Positions 29,101-37,276 of a stretch of 64,000 bases of DNA are shown in pieces; the first letter of the stretch is position 1; the number at the start of each line of letters is the position of its first letter. The notes under the pieces are model-generated. The model was not told the origin of the DNA and did not search any database. It saw only the letters and a list, made by a program, of their open reading frames with translations. Location: positions 96,001-160,000 of the IMG/VR virus record IMGVR_UViG_3300022752_000018, one strand, 5' to 3'. The translations under genes were made by a program, and so were the position numbers. Origin of the DNA: a virus.

Positions 29101-30363
29101 TTAACTAAAAATAAAAAATTATTAACACCTAATATTGACTATATTTTATTAGAAGATAAGAAAAGTATTAGAATAAATGAACAGCCTAAAACCACTGATG
29201 TATTTGGTGTTATTACCTTCAGTGGTAATGTGGTAAGAAACCCCGTATCATTCATGAAGTTTAAGGACATGCTTAATAGATTTTATTATAAACGATTAAG
29301 TATCAATAGAACTACAAGATTAGAAAAAGTCTTAAACTATTATGATAAAGAATTGTATGTTGAGGATCCAGATAAGGTAAATCCTGCGCCAGGCGTTCTT
29401 TATATAGACGGTGAAAGGATTGAATATAATTTCAAAATTGGTAATAGATTAGGTCAATTAAGACGGGGCACATACGGTACAGGTGTACCTACTGTTCATG
29501 GTAGATTGACTAAGGTTTATGATATAGGTGAATCTGAGACAATACCCTATCAAGATAGAAATCTTCAATATAGGATCATAGGAGACTGGGAAGCAGACGT
29601 AACCTATTTTAAAAATGATGTTGTATTTTACAATGGTATTAATTGGGTAATGTTAACTGGTAATAATTTAAAGTTATGGGATAATAAACTAGAATACACA
29701 AAAGGTAGGCAGATTATATATAATAATAAATTATATCTTTCTAAGAAAAATACTGATACAAATAAAAATATTAATAAAATTCCAGATCAAAATATAGATT
29801 ATTGGGATAAAATTAAAGATTTTTGTCCTTTATTTCCTAGTTTAGACAATCCTAATTGGGGTCAAACAAATGTGGGTTATTTGAATGATTCTAGTAGAAC
29901 AATAGTTGTCCCATGGATTCCTAAATATAGGGCAAGTGCTACACCAGAAACTGTAGATGATATAAACAAAAGATATGTATTAGATACAGAAATATTTGTA
30001 GGAAATAAAAGACTTCAAAAATATAAATTTTCTAAACATAATAAAGATATTCATCCTGAAAGTCCCGAAGGAGATGAATTTTTTGATCCAGAGTATACCA
30101 CAGATGGAATAAATCATGGTACTGATGATAAAATTCTAGGATTAATATACTTAAAAGATCTACCACCTGAAAATTTACCCATAACTTTGGTTCATAGAAG
30201 ATTAACTAGTTGGGAAGATCAAAACAAGTCACTATCCGAATCTGATAATGAAGTTGCTTATTTCTTGAAATTCCAAGTAGATCCTATTGGTGGTAGTGAG
30301 CCAACAGCAGATAGTGGATTGTATTCTAGTGATTCAGAAGATGTAAACATGGACGAGGAATAA
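17107..30363 (+). CDS. Giant (4418 aa) baseplate wedge/structural protein, gp7-like position, with accessory modules
   Basis: Uninterrupted 13.3-kb ORF coupled to gp6 by TAATG; FG-GAP-like repeats and CBM5/12-like W…Y…V.Y motifs. Confidence 0.7.
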   Translation: MSDQNELEIPSDNNDKKSERFIPRFFRSESNKKFLSGTIDNLIKNGTVKRLNGFIGRQNTKSITNSDIFLEEEEFDRQNYQLEPALVSEDILGNVSFFKDYIDYINTIQVNGGNVSNHEKLNKQEFYGWNPHIDWDKIVNYLQYYWLPFGPEIIPIAGTKVLDTISTYSITTVNEEDNNAYLFSPDGLTRNPVLRLYRGETYQFDITAPNEPFSIKSERVSGSDYRFLAGVDNYAITNGRITFTVPLDAPDVLYYVSESNVDTSGILKIFNIAENFRINVEEEVIGKKTFSIKNNIDLTNGMKIKFVGQVRPTEYENQVFYVEGVGDSISLINERDLLLATSYSKDFDVDYDSVGFDNIAFNNVKYVPIDKDYITIKRGSIDGNPWSRYNRWFHQDVIIKTAEILGKVPVMDQSQRAIRPIIEFESNLKLFNFGVKSKKNVDLVDDSTTDVFSIIEGALGYYIDGVELLQGHRILFNADKDILVKNKIYKVEFLNIFDEFTGITKRCIHLAEEPDSVPELNDSVFVILGKSFTGKSFWFNGNDWQLSQAKIGLNQCPLFDLFDINGISLTDPIYYPNSTFVGNKIFSYKISNGAVDKELGFALTYRNINNIGDILFDFDLVNEKFFYKNNNNIIEEYTDNKFLKSYTKFNEEKLVNGWIKSKVENVQPIIRIYKNNLLANQTILTNNFPIDVYDNIDDLDDLIVKVYVNGIRLDKSKFTIVKDFEYKIVVLYEDTNENDIVCLKCFSRQNKNKNGYYEFPINFQNNPENNNIKNFTLGEVTDHLESIIDNLRDFSGNPRGINNLRDIFNISEYGTKFVQHSGSINLSLYHLTNENASIIRAIDKARDDYGNFKRAFIYYLNDVSNELTVRESVNLVLQSVNRDKTKQSPYYFSDMLGYTAYSEFKFTVRNPKSTKYPLGIKFNLDELTPTSINIYLNDVQLLHGIDYKFIQESFVDIFCDKKEDDIITLITYDKTDGCFIPPTPTSLGLYPKFEPKKYLDTTLIEPRNVIQGHDGSIILAYDDYRDDLILELEKRFFNNIKVSYDPTYFDIYDFIPGSNRRTSYPPDEFNNILSPNFFKWTSLIDSDFTRSPLFLSDNPFTYNYKNISSTNGDQLPGFWRGIYRWYFDTDRIHICPWESLGFTIKPLWWDSVYGPAPYTSNNLILWDDLRNGVIREPNNPIRKVGKFARPILKNIPVDENGKLLDPIASGITSDVITLNNNIPYVFGDSAPVENTWRRSSYYAFSLLKSILLMQPNHVFGLLFDKSRTVRSQDQIIYKDTHLRIRLKDILVSSNVQDETRIQTCGLVNYITDFLTSNNLINLNQYKTDLKNLTNKLSHRLSGFSSKDKFNLILDSKGAGASSNVFIPKDNYKIFLNTSSPIKKLVYSGIIITKLLNKNGLGYEIRGYNQTNPYFLYYPVGPIGYDINVGGLSEIFINWASGQRYVIGQVIKINKEYYRVKQAHTSTSFPALDSFEKLSSLPIIGGQNAKLKTVNEKKLLLLNYGTTLYSIQEVVDFIQGYAAYLQDQGFVFETFNEDLNLVSNWETSIKEFLFWTTQNWSTGTDKFVDWSPNTQYLDNQILYYNNEFFKAIQTHTSSTFFDINYYVKLDNLNSDGAAVITLSPAALKITLNLPRAVVSDLRESNYDYEIFSADGIKYNSQLLNYFRYDQQFSLTPKTELGIYSASFYLVQKEHVLIIDNLSQFNDVIYNLETGYRQEKVKISGYKTVNWNGSFDAPGFIYDQAIIKEWEPWTDYTVGDLIKYKEFYYTALKAQPGVQEFDINNWLIKDTKPNANLLPNWDYKALQFLDFYDLDSDNFDINQQRIAQHMVGYQRRSYLENIIKNDVSEFKFYQGMITEKGTNNSLRKLFDTLSSLDQDSIEVYEEWALRVGEYGAVDAFEEIEFILDETLFKVEPQVIELVNNIDNSKIDLIIRQTHNDLYLKPKNFTNNIWAFEKTLKQYFKTPGFCRLDQVKVAIDKREDILNLDVFSLEFGDYIWCGFEAKLNEFNDDWFIYRITLTNYKVIDISSDTTSTTLVFNIPTNFVLDDILYFKTDGVVQSSSVQTFNKFSKVIQTSNNNRTIKIQGNSLLNNLNKGNIKTGYITRQRFINIDNFIVPGYLNKISETKNYGELVWFTENNKNTIWKNLPIYNKIEIKDSILTNQSRLGKVIVTTPSANFMAVTSNNRVTFYKKNNSTWIKTQFILDSDHADFGKSIAVSDDERFIAISYTDQSVGKVAIYRNTDFEFDLVQTLSEDNDPYYGYKLKFAIRGLNQYSLFVSTTNGIGIKDQTFIYDYNDYSDSTLISIERKEIIDIEFTLDGGDTTNNVTGNNDISSINPIFENVVDGGKPTDNTEFVFDYDVNFDGSILVIGTMNKVYVYERRDCYTLHQIIEVPEANESFGYSVALSRNGEFLAASSILEDGIYEKQGKIRIYQSALALDESTTPPINYTLHQTIDNRNAEVNEQYGYKIKFINDSKTLVTFSRYGDGYFDAIIGEDSTRMNINSGRVDIYDRYRNYFVFSESLPVTDIDEDYGEGFDAAQNSIMVGSPKNLSGKINVYTKPNNVYSWQLLYEEKPKISIESFKKIFLYNSNTNTLLDYVDIIDPLQGKIAGVADQEIKFKTYYDPAIYNFKSNDSTFNVNVNDGIHWLDNQIGLLWWDLRRAKFLDYSLGDLVFRNSTWNTLYPKASIDIYEWVESRILPEQWDTLSGTEEGFSRGISGKSLYGNKIYSQKKRFDTISKTYRTLYYFWVKNKLNIPEGMNRKLNSVDIESIIKDPKNYGIKSINFLDNNAFNLSNITQILRDKDVILSLQYWTSPEKEKLLIHNEWKLISENEKTGLPREIERKWIDSLVGRDENGYTVPDMKLSIKQKYGIENKPRQSMFINRVEAVKQFVEKFNLEMKNIQIDNIDLTDFYSKDPLPSLITGLYDYEVDTFDQLRFINGEAHKQAFVSPVIDQGKIVDVTIINGGLGYKNPPKIEILGRGVGANIETVLNNNGTIIATKIINFGKGYDSSTTTLNIRPLVALVKTNEEDYWALYDYNHKKKLWIIGKTQKYDVTKFWELVDWYDIGYNQFTKIDISVNAVYELFTRKVDIGQVVKVKNDDTEWLLLEKYNDVVDVDYTKSFKVVGRQRGSLKLSSKLYQFDENRLGFDGFLYDVNQYDFNGPIEFRIILRSLIDKVLIDDKRKILINLFFTSLRYVLSEQLFVDWMFKTSFIKAQHNIGQFRQRSNYKNDSLGDFENYIKEVKPYRSKIREFTSVFSDVENTQSLVTDFDLPAYIENYTIKTIETQFKNETISVDNTSLITQSPWSLWKSNLGFSVTEVVIVDGGSNYVNRPIITFEGNCLVQAKARAFVVRGSIVKIEILDEGKGYFIPPKIVINGSIGENGTPAKAVSVIGNSLIRSNTVTVKFDRYLKEKFEDITPIEIEDIFYGDGIATTFRLRYKPSPESNSIIVRINGLVQILGSYEIFPKIDTEKGYREHYADLVLNTVPQLSDTIIVNYKKDFVHLNALERIYHYYSPDYGMVGRDFAQLMTGIDYGGVSIIGTGFEKPNRWDGLYSWSERPWDEDPPTEDQIYDTMIDGGNLNSNSVYRTASGLRAEDIIIDGDGFITPMSSPAPEEMLPGHVTDSLSIMIFERSSTTSSEITSLNFLSDGENTDFQLIKYPNSRQGIIVKINQTILKPDIDYTFDYDKLLVKLKEPSTFGSIVSITSLGFSGENLLDVNFKIINETTNTIVTDVDWSENVSAYTLVSGELAQHELIKIDTVEISNKIGIKFPFDLEIDQVVNYSLFLEKIINQSIVTREIIISNGTDKKYTLNNPVGKKVPLDPNVIVRAGDTIYNSVDTFKFLLIDNVLEYDIPAGKADIDIYNVNDYDVYINQVKVELGIAYNFDLLRSKLLLQPSYYKDKAEVLVAITKYADYFLRKESNLVKIEFRNTPPADTEIEIIAMFNHDILDIERKYYIIEPKLENFTDSIFYLNLIKISAGIFRFNREVIDTTYVWLTKNKKLLTPNIDYILLEDKKSIRINEQPKTTDVFGVITFSGNVVRNPVSFMKFKDMLNRFYYKRLSINRTTRLEKVLNYYDKELYVEDPDKVNPAPGVLYIDGERIEYNFKIGNRLGQLRRGTYGTGVPTVHGRLTKVYDIGESETIPYQDRNLQYRIIGDWEADVTYFKNDVVFYNGINWVMLTGNNLKLWDNKLEYTKGRQIIYNNKLYLSKKNTDTNKNINKIPDQNIDYWDKIKDFCPLFPSLDNPNWGQTNVGYLNDSSRTIVVPWIPKYRASATPETVDDINKRYVLDTEIFVGNKRLQKYKFSKHNKDIHPESPEGDEFFDPEYTTDGINHGTDDKILGLIYLKDLPPENLPITLVHRRLTSWEDQNKSLSESDNEVAYFLKFQVDPIGGSEPTADSGLYSSDSEDVNMDEE

Positions 30364-30365
30364 AA

Positions 30366-33050
30366 ATGCCTAAACAACTTATAAACATTGGTCTAAAACC
30401 TAATGACGGTACTGGGGATACCATAAGAAAAGCCAGTATTAAAATTAATAGTAATTTTACAGAATTATATGATAGTCTGCAAAGTATTACTCTTACTCCT
30501 GGACCACAAGGTATACAGGGTCGCCAGGGCACACAAAGCTTCCAAGGCTTCCAAGGAAGACAAGGAACACAAGGACGTACGGGTCTTCAAGGTGATTCCG
30601 GTACCCAGGGATTCCAAGGATTCCCAGGAGATACAGGACCACAAGGCATTATAGGTTATGATGGATTGCCTGGACCAGAGGGCCCACAGGGTATTCAAGG
30701 TATACAAGGCATGGCTGCTGATGCTGCTAATTTAGATTTAAGTGCTGTGAATTCTGATATAATTCCTGCACTAGATGTTACGTATAATTTAGGTTCACCT
30801 ACTAATAAGTTTAAAGATTTGTATCTTAGTTCTAATACAATTTATTTAGGCGATAAAACAATAAGAATAGAAAATAATATTCTTGAGATAGGGGGAACAA
30901 AACTTAGTGATCAAACAGGTAATGTAGATGGGTTCGTTTATTCATATTGGTCATTTGATAATGTATTTGTTAGAACAATCACTAATAGTGATGCAGATCA
31001 GTTGGTAAAACTAATAACTAAAGGCGATCAATTAAAATTAGATAGCAATCCTAATATTGTTATGGTTAGTAAATTAACTGTAATACAGCCACCAATATCT
31101 GAAATATACATAGCAGATCCTTCATTTACAGATCATATGATTAGAGTTGATCTATTCAACTTTAATAATAATGATCAACCTATAACCTTTGAATTAGTAA
31201 AACCATTAGGCGAATCTTCAATAAGCAATTTAACAGATCCAGATGGGTTATTACCTAATCTAACTCAGCAAGGTTGGCCTTACTATTCTGGAACATTAGG
31301 AGTAAATTTCTTAGTAGGTAATCAAACAGTTAATATAGTACCTAGTTGGGATAGAACAATTGTAAATTTTGAATTCAATGAGAGTGGAGTACTTAAATTA
31401 CCTGCTGGTGGAGACATTCAGGATATTGATGGAAATAGTTTACTAAGTCCTAATACTACTGGTACACAGAGCGTACAAGGTATACAAGGTGGTCAGGGTG
31501 TACAAGGTGTACAAGGTGTACAAGGTGTACAAGGTGTACAAGGTGTACAAGGTGTACAAGGTGTACAAGGTGGTCGGGGTGTACAGGGCATACAAGGATC
31601 AAATGGTGCTCAAGGCCCCCAAGGACAACAAGGGGAATTTGGATTACTTTGGCAAGGTGAATGGAATCCTAGTCTTTCTTATATAAGTGACAGGGACGTA
31701 GTATCATATGATGGATCAACATACATAAAGATCAGCGGAAATGGTAATTCCGGTAGTCTCCCGCCAGATGATAATATTCGATGGGCCTTAGTAGCTCAAC
31801 AAGGTACAGATGGAATACAAGGTATACAGGGTGATCAGGGTATACAGGGTATACAGGGTATACAGGGTATACAAGGTATTACTGGTAAACAAGGTATACA
31901 GGGTATACAAGGTATACAGGGTATTCAGGGTATACAAGGTATTACTGGTAAACAAGGTATACAGGGTATACAGGGTATACAGGGTATCCAAGGAATACAA
32001 GGTGCTAATGCAGCTAGTATAAATTTGACTGCTATTACGTCAAATATTGTCCCAGCTACAGATATAATATATAATTTAGGTTCACCTACAAATAGGTTTA
32101 AAGACTTATACTTGAGTTCAAGTACTTTATATTTGGGTCAAACAGGATTATCTGTTAGTGATGGTAATCTAGAACTTATTACTTTTGGTGGTGGTGGTGA
32201 AGGCAGTGGAGCTGCATCAAGTAGTTGGCTCGGCACAAATTATATTTACAATGGAGTTGATATTAATCATCCATTATACTTAAACATACAACAGTTAAAA
32301 GCGGGTGACAGGCTTAAAAATAAAGCAACGGATTTTTTCACACCAACCGTTTATGTAACTTTAACTGTTTTAGGCCCTGCCATAGTTACTGCTGCTCAAG
32401 ATTTTTGGTATAATAATGTATCTATAACTGATCCTAATGTTGCTAGTGTATCTTTTAGTATACCTGTAGATCAAGATTCCTCCACAGTAACTGGAGATAT
32501 TGGCTATTATATGGATTTTATTAGACCAATATCAGGAGTCCCTAGTACTGGTTCTCAAGGTGTACAAGGTGTACAAGGTGTACAAGGTATACAAGCATTA
32601 GATGGAGCGCAAGGAATACAAGGTGTACAAGGAATACAAGGTGCATCAGGTAGCGGCAGCACTAGTGTTCAATCTACTAGACAACAGATAATAACAACTA
32701 CTGGTGTACTCACAAATAATCAAATTACATTTGTTGACCTAAATGCTTACAAGGGATATTTTTTGTACAAAATACAGACAAGTCATTCGGCCTGGGTGAG
32801 ACTATATGTTTCTATAGCTGAAAGATTATCTGATCAAAATAGAAATCAAACAGAAGATCCTGCTACAGGAATTGGTCTCATAACTGAAGTAATCACTACA
32901 GGAAGTACCCCTGTAATCATAGCACCCGCAGTAATAGGATACAATGATGAAACTCCACCAACTTCTAATATACCTATAACTATCAAAAATTTAAGTGGAT
33001 CAAATCAAGATATTACTATAACACTTACTCTTGTACAGGTGGAAGCATGA
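30366..33050 (+). CDS. Collagen-like fibre protein (G-X-Q triplets)
   Basis: N-terminal [25 protein letters not shown] attachment motif; four to five G-X-Q blocks; two copies of a [20 protein letters not shown] module. Confidence 0.85.
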   Translation: MPKQLINIGLKPNDGTGDTIRKASIKINSNFTELYDSLQSITLTPGPQGIQGRQGTQSFQGFQGRQGTQGRTGLQGDSGTQGFQGFPGDTGPQGIIGYDGLPGPEGPQGIQGIQGMAADAANLDLSAVNSDIIPALDVTYNLGSPTNKFKDLYLSSNTIYLGDKTIRIENNILEIGGTKLSDQTGNVDGFVYSYWSFDNVFVRTITNSDADQLVKLITKGDQLKLDSNPNIVMVSKLTVIQPPISEIYIADPSFTDHMIRVDLFNFNNNDQPITFELVKPLGESSISNLTDPDGLLPNLTQQGWPYYSGTLGVNFLVGNQTVNIVPSWDRTIVNFEFNESGVLKLPAGGDIQDIDGNSLLSPNTTGTQSVQGIQGGQGVQGVQGVQGVQGVQGVQGVQGVQGGRGVQGIQGSNGAQGPQGQQGEFGLLWQGEWNPSLSYISDRDVVSYDGSTYIKISGNGNSGSLPPDDNIRWALVAQQGTDGIQGIQGDQGIQGIQGIQGIQGITGKQGIQGIQGIQGIQGIQGITGKQGIQGIQGIQGIQGIQGANAASINLTAITSNIVPATDIIYNLGSPTNRFKDLYLSSSTLYLGQTGLSVSDGNLELITFGGGGEGSGAASSSWLGTNYIYNGVDINHPLYLNIQQLKAGDRLKNKATDFFTPTVYVTLTVLGPAIVTAAQDFWYNNVSITDPNVASVSFSIPVDQDSSTVTGDIGYYMDFIRPISGVPSTGSQGVQGVQGVQGIQALDGAQGIQGVQGIQGASGSGSTSVQSTRQQIITTTGVLTNNQITFVDLNAYKGYFLYKIQTSHSAWVRLYVSIAERLSDQNRNQTEDPATGIGLITEVITTGSTPVIIAPAVIGYNDETPPTSNIPITIKNLSGSNQDITITLTLVQVEA
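31497..31568. repeat. Perfect 9-bp tandem repeat GGTGTACAA x8 (GVQ)
   Basis: Counted directly. Confidence 0.95.
31812..32000. repeat. Degenerate 9-bp GGTATACAR array (GIQ) with a higher-order unit containing GITGKQ twice
   Basis: Read directly from the sequence and translation. Confidence 0.9.
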
Positions 33051-34690
33051 GCGATCTAAGAATTTACATAGTTACTCTATATAATCACGAAGATTTAGAG
33101 GAGTTCTATTACGATATGGAAACTCCTGGAGGAAATTTATTCATACCAAATAGAGAAGTAGATGTTTCTGCTAGAAGACCTAACAGCAGAAATACTAATT
33201 ATTGGTTAACAGAGGAAGAAGCAAACCAACTTAAATTAGATCCAAGAGTGCTAAATGTAGTTCTAGAAGAACTTAATTTAAAAGGTAGACACCCAACCTA
33301 TACTCAAACTTCATCAAATTGGAATAAACAATTCGTTAATAATAGTGATCATGTAAATTGGGGATTACTAAGAGTATATGAAGGACAGCAGCGATCTAAC
33401 TGGGGGGAAAATGGTACACTTAGTCAAAGTGGATCTATAACCATCAATGCAGAGGGAAGAAATATTGACGTTTTAATAGTTGATGGACACTGTAATCCAG
33501 ACCACCCAGAATATGCCAAAAATGCTGATGGATCTGGAGGATCACGAGTAAATCAATATAACTGGTATCAACATACAAATACTATTACAGGTGGTTCTAA
33601 TGGAACCTATGTCTATACACCATATACTGGTACAGCTGCAGAAGATGACAATAATCACGGTGCTCACGTAGCAGGCACTGTGGCAGGTAATACACAAGGA
33701 TGGGCTAGATCAGCTAATATCTATAATATTAGCCCATATGGTAGCAACCCAAATTCACTGGTTGTAAGTTTTCTTTATGATTATATAAAAGAATTTCATA
33801 TTAACAAACCCATAAATCCACTCACTGGTCGCAAAAATCCTACGATAATGAACTGTAGTTATGGAAGCTCAATTCAATATAATCAAGGAGTGGTAGGACC
33901 CATAACGAGAGCTATTTATAGGGGTGTAGATACAGGGACTATATCTGGTGGTTTAAGCACAGCACAACTCAATGCCAACGGAATTTATGACAGAACTAAC
34001 AGTACTCAACCTAGAGTACCATATTGGTCAGACGCAGATAATGTTGATATTCAAGATTTAATTAATCTAGGAGTTATAATTGTGGCTTCAGCAGGGAATG
34101 ATTATTTCTACACCTGTAATGAGGGCAGTGAAGATTATGATAATAGGTTTATAGCTACTTATTATGGAACTTCTTATTTTTGGTATTATCATAGAGGCAG
34201 TAGCCCAGCAGCCAGCACTAATGTTATCAGCGTAGGAGCTATGGGCAATACAATAAATGAAACTAAAGCAGCGTTCAGTAATAATGGACCAGGGGTAGAT
34301 ATTTACGCACCAGGTAGGGCAATTATGAGTTCACTGAACTCATCATCAACTTCGGATCCTAGAAACTCCACATATAAAATTGGCAAATATCAAGGAACCA
34401 GTATGGCAAGCCCACAAGTTTGTGGTGTTTTGGCCTGTATATTGGAAATTTACCCTAATATGAATCAAAGTCAAGCTAGGAAATATCTATTTGATACAGC
34501 CAAATACAATCAGATGACAGATACCGGTGGTAGTTTTACAGATCAAACCAGTTTAAACGGTTCTACTAATAGAACTTTAAATTTTAAACAGGAGAGACCA
34601 AGTATAGGAAAAACTTGGCCTAAACTTAATTTACTAGGACGTCCTACTAGCGGATTATTATATCCTAGATCAAGGGTTAAAAGGTTATAA
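33047..34690 (+). CDS. Subtilisin-like serine protease (peptidase S8)
   Basis: Catalytic motifs VLIVDG, HGAHVAGTVAG, GTSMASPQV, oxyanion-hole ASAGND; probable N-terminal prodomain. Confidence 0.92.
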   Translation: MSDLRIYIVTLYNHEDLEEFYYDMETPGGNLFIPNREVDVSARRPNSRNTNYWLTEEEANQLKLDPRVLNVVLEELNLKGRHPTYTQTSSNWNKQFVNNSDHVNWGLLRVYEGQQRSNWGENGTLSQSGSITINAEGRNIDVLIVDGHCNPDHPEYAKNADGSGGSRVNQYNWYQHTNTITGGSNGTYVYTPYTGTAAEDDNNHGAHVAGTVAGNTQGWARSANIYNISPYGSNPNSLVVSFLYDYIKEFHINKPINPLTGRKNPTIMNCSYGSSIQYNQGVVGPITRAIYRGVDTGTISGGLSTAQLNANGIYDRTNSTQPRVPYWSDADNVDIQDLINLGVIIVASAGNDYFYTCNEGSEDYDNRFIATYYGTSYFWYYHRGSSPAASTNVISVGAMGNTINETKAAFSNNGPGVDIYAPGRAIMSSLNSSSTSDPRNSTYKIGKYQGTSMASPQVCGVLACILEIYPNMNQSQARKYLFDTAKYNQMTDTGGSFTDQTSLNGSTNRTLNFKQERPSIGKTWPKLNLLGRPTSGLLYPRSRVKRL

Positions 34691-34706
34691 TAGTATTTAA
34701 AATACA

Positions 34707-34714
34707 TATAAATA
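34707..34714 (+). promoter_or_regulatory. Late promoter TATAAATA
   Basis: Exact consensus in the intergenic gap before ATG 34733. Confidence 0.65.
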
Positions 34715-34732
34715 TTTGGATAGAGAAATCAT

Positions 34733-35341
34733 ATGCAAACAAAAGATTTTGGCGGAATTCACATTGAAGGGCACATTAAAATTTGGGACCCTGAGCATGA
34801 CGAAGTTTTCATAAACAAAAGAAATGCCATTCATTATGAAAATATGAGTGTGGCGTTGGCCAATGCTGTGGCCAACTCAGGAAGTGGAATAATCAGTGAA
34901 ATGGCCTTTGGAAACGGCGGAACTGCTGTTGATCCTACAGGAATTATAACATACCTTACGCCAAATACCACAGGTATAAATGCTAGTTTATATAACGAAA
35001 CATATATTAAGGTTATAGATGATACTAGCAGTGCTAATATTAATCCATTACGTAATTATATAGAAACAAGACATGTCACCGGTACTAATTACACTGATGT
35101 TTTCATAACTTGTCTTCTTGATTACGGTGAACCAACTGGTCAGGATGCTTTTGACAATACTAGCGATACTAAAAGTTTATATACTTTCGACGAGTTAGGT
35201 CTAGTTACTAGAAACGAGTCTAATCAAAAAAAACTTTTAACACATGTGATATTTCACCCGGTACAAAAAAGTTTAAACAGGCTTATACAAATAGACTACA
35301 CTGTTAGAATACAAAGTTTAACAGGGTTGATGGGGGCATAA
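34733..35341 (+). CDS. Virion structural protein (baseplate-associated)
   Basis: GHIKIWD…NKRNAIH, MAFGNGG, FDELGL, FHPVQKSLNR motifs; located between structural genes. Confidence 0.6.
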   Translation: MQTKDFGGIHIEGHIKIWDPEHDEVFINKRNAIHYENMSVALANAVANSGSGIISEMAFGNGGTAVDPTGIITYLTPNTTGINASLYNETYIKVIDDTSSANINPLRNYIETRHVTGTNYTDVFITCLLDYGEPTGQDAFDNTSDTKSLYTFDELGLVTRNESNQKKLLTHVIFHPVQKSLNRLIQIDYTVRIQSLTGLMGA

Positions 35342-35344
35342 TAT

Positions 35345-37276
35345 ATGACAATAATATTAAACAAAACAGACCCATCAAATCAATCCATTACCCTATTGGA
35401 TGGTCAAACTAATCAGACTACACCTTTAACTTTTTTAGGAAAAAATTACTCTCAAGGATATAGTAAGATTATAGGAGAAAATTTTTTACATTTATTAGAA
35501 AATTTTTCTTTTAATAATCCACCTGAAAATCCTGTACAAGGTCAATTATGGTTTAATAATAATGTGGATGTCGAAATAGATTCATTGGCCAATACATCTA
35601 GAGATAGCTATGGTATTAAAGTATTTGACGGGCAGAATTGGTTACCAATAGGTATTGTAAAAAAGTTTGCTCAACCACCCACTATAGGTGGTAGTACAAA
35701 TTTAAATACTGGTGACTTATTTGTTGATACAGAAAGACAACAATTGTATATTAGTAATGGTAGCGATGGTTGGACTCTAGTTGGACCTTCTTTTAATGCT
35801 GCTGAAAAAACAGGCATGGAAATAGAATATATTGTAGATTCTGATTCATCTATAGATAGGCCTATTTTGTCCATATTTGTAAAAACTAAAAGAATAGTGG
35901 TAATTAGTGATTATGAATTTGTACCTAAATCTTTATTAACTGGTTTTAGGATAATAAAACAAGGAATTAACTTATCAACTGAAATTTTACATCCTATTAA
36001 TCAAACAAAATTTTGGGGAGTTGCTGAAAAAGCAGAATCCTTAATTAGCGGAGATGAAATTGTTCTAGCTAGAAATTTCCTAAGAAGTGATCAAAGTAGC
36101 ACTACTAATTTTAGTTTTCAGGTTAGAAATAATAATGGAATAAGCATAGGTAATGATCTCAGTTTGATATTAGGAGCAGATACGTCCGGGTCATTCATTT
36201 ATAATAAATTGGATGGAGCCAGTATTGATCTTAGACTTAGAAAAGATAATCAAATTAAAAATATTCTAAGATGTACAATTACCCCAAATAATATTTCCGC
36301 AGTAGGTATTAACAATCTAGTCCCAGAAGAAACTTTAGATGTTATAGGAAATATAAAGACTAATCAGAGATTTATAACCAGCAGCACACAAGCTAATAGT
36401 ATTAGTACACAAGGTGGAATTAGTGTTTTAGGCAATGCAACAATTGGTCAAAATTTAACAGTAACTGGGACTACAATTTTATCCAATATTGAACCCAATG
36501 CAGATGATACAAAAAATTTAGGTTCTGAAAATAAAAGATGGAATACAATTTATGCTGGTAAGATTGGAACCAACACTAGAAGAGTTGTAGTTAATGGAAC
36601 ACTTAATGGCGATGTAAATGGTAATATATCAGGTTATTCAACAGGATTTAGCGCACCCATTACAATTACTCTTACAGGTGATGTAACTGGTACAGTGTCT
36701 ATACAAAAGGATAACGAATCCAAAAATTTAGTTACTACCTTAAAGTCAGATTTCATTAGTCAGAAACCAGAAACATCAGTTTTTCAACCTAATGACCTGT
36801 TACTAATTGAACGTAATCAAGGTCTATTAAAGATAAAAAGATCAAGTCTTGTTAATCAATTACCTTTAGTACCAGTGGGTACAATTATTTTATGGGCAGG
36901 TGATGCAAATAGAATACCAAAAGGATATTTAATTTGTGATGGCGCAGAAGTAGAACAATATAAGTACCAAACTTTATATTCAGTTATTGGCTATACATAT
37001 AAAAATCAAGTAAATTTAACTGGCACGGGATCAGGTTTCTTGACTTTTGCTTTACCTGATTTAAGACCAAGCTTACCAAGTTATAAGCCTAATCAAGTGA
37101 CATTAAACTTAAATTATACCATAATAGAATTAGGCAATACTGATTGGATATCTATGGGATTGAGTTTTAGTCCGGCAGTTAACACAACCTTTAATGTTCA
37201 ATCTCTTGGAGAAGGCACAGGCAAATTGATCTTGACAAACGGTCCAAAATATTTAATTTATACTGGAAATGTCTAA
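35345..37276 (+). CDS. Tail fibre with C-terminal tail-collar domain
   Basis: PVGTIILWAG…IPKGYLICDG…LYSVIGYTY…FALPDLR collar motif; shared N-terminal ENF..LLENF domain. Confidence 0.8.
   Translation: MTIILNKTDPSNQSITLLDGQTNQTTPLTFLGKNYSQGYSKIIGENFLHLLENFSFNNPPENPVQGQLWFNNNVDVEIDSLANTSRDSYGIKVFDGQNWLPIGIVKKFAQPPTIGGSTNLNTGDLFVDTERQQLYISNGSDGWTLVGPSFNAAEKTGMEIEYIVDSDSSIDRPILSIFVKTKRIVVISDYEFVPKSLLTGFRIIKQGINLSTEILHPINQTKFWGVAEKAESLISGDEIVLARNFLRSDQSSTTNFSFQVRNNNGISIGNDLSLILGADTSGSFIYNKLDGASIDLRLRKDNQIKNILRCTITPNNISAVGINNLVPEETLDVIGNIKTNQRFITSSTQANSISTQGGISVLGNATIGQNLTVTGTTILSNIEPNADDTKNLGSENKRWNTIYAGKIGTNTRRVVVNGTLNGDVNGNISGYSTGFSAPITITLTGDVTGTVSIQKDNESKNLVTTLKSDFISQKPETSVFQPNDLLLIERNQGLLKIKRSSLVNQLPLVPVGTIILWAGDANRIPKGYLICDGAEVEQYKYQTLYSVIGYTYKNQVNLTGTGSGFLTFALPDLRPSLPSYKPNQVTLNLNYTIIELGNTDWISMGLSFSPAVNTTFNVQSLGEGTGKLILTNGPKYLIYTGNV

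Noticed and set aside
30465-32022. Short ORFs with YRVYKV/YTLYTL repeats (30465, 30469, 31489, 31788, 31810)
   Set aside because: They are alternative-frame or antisense readings of the collagen 9-bp repeats, with no RBS or independent coding signal.
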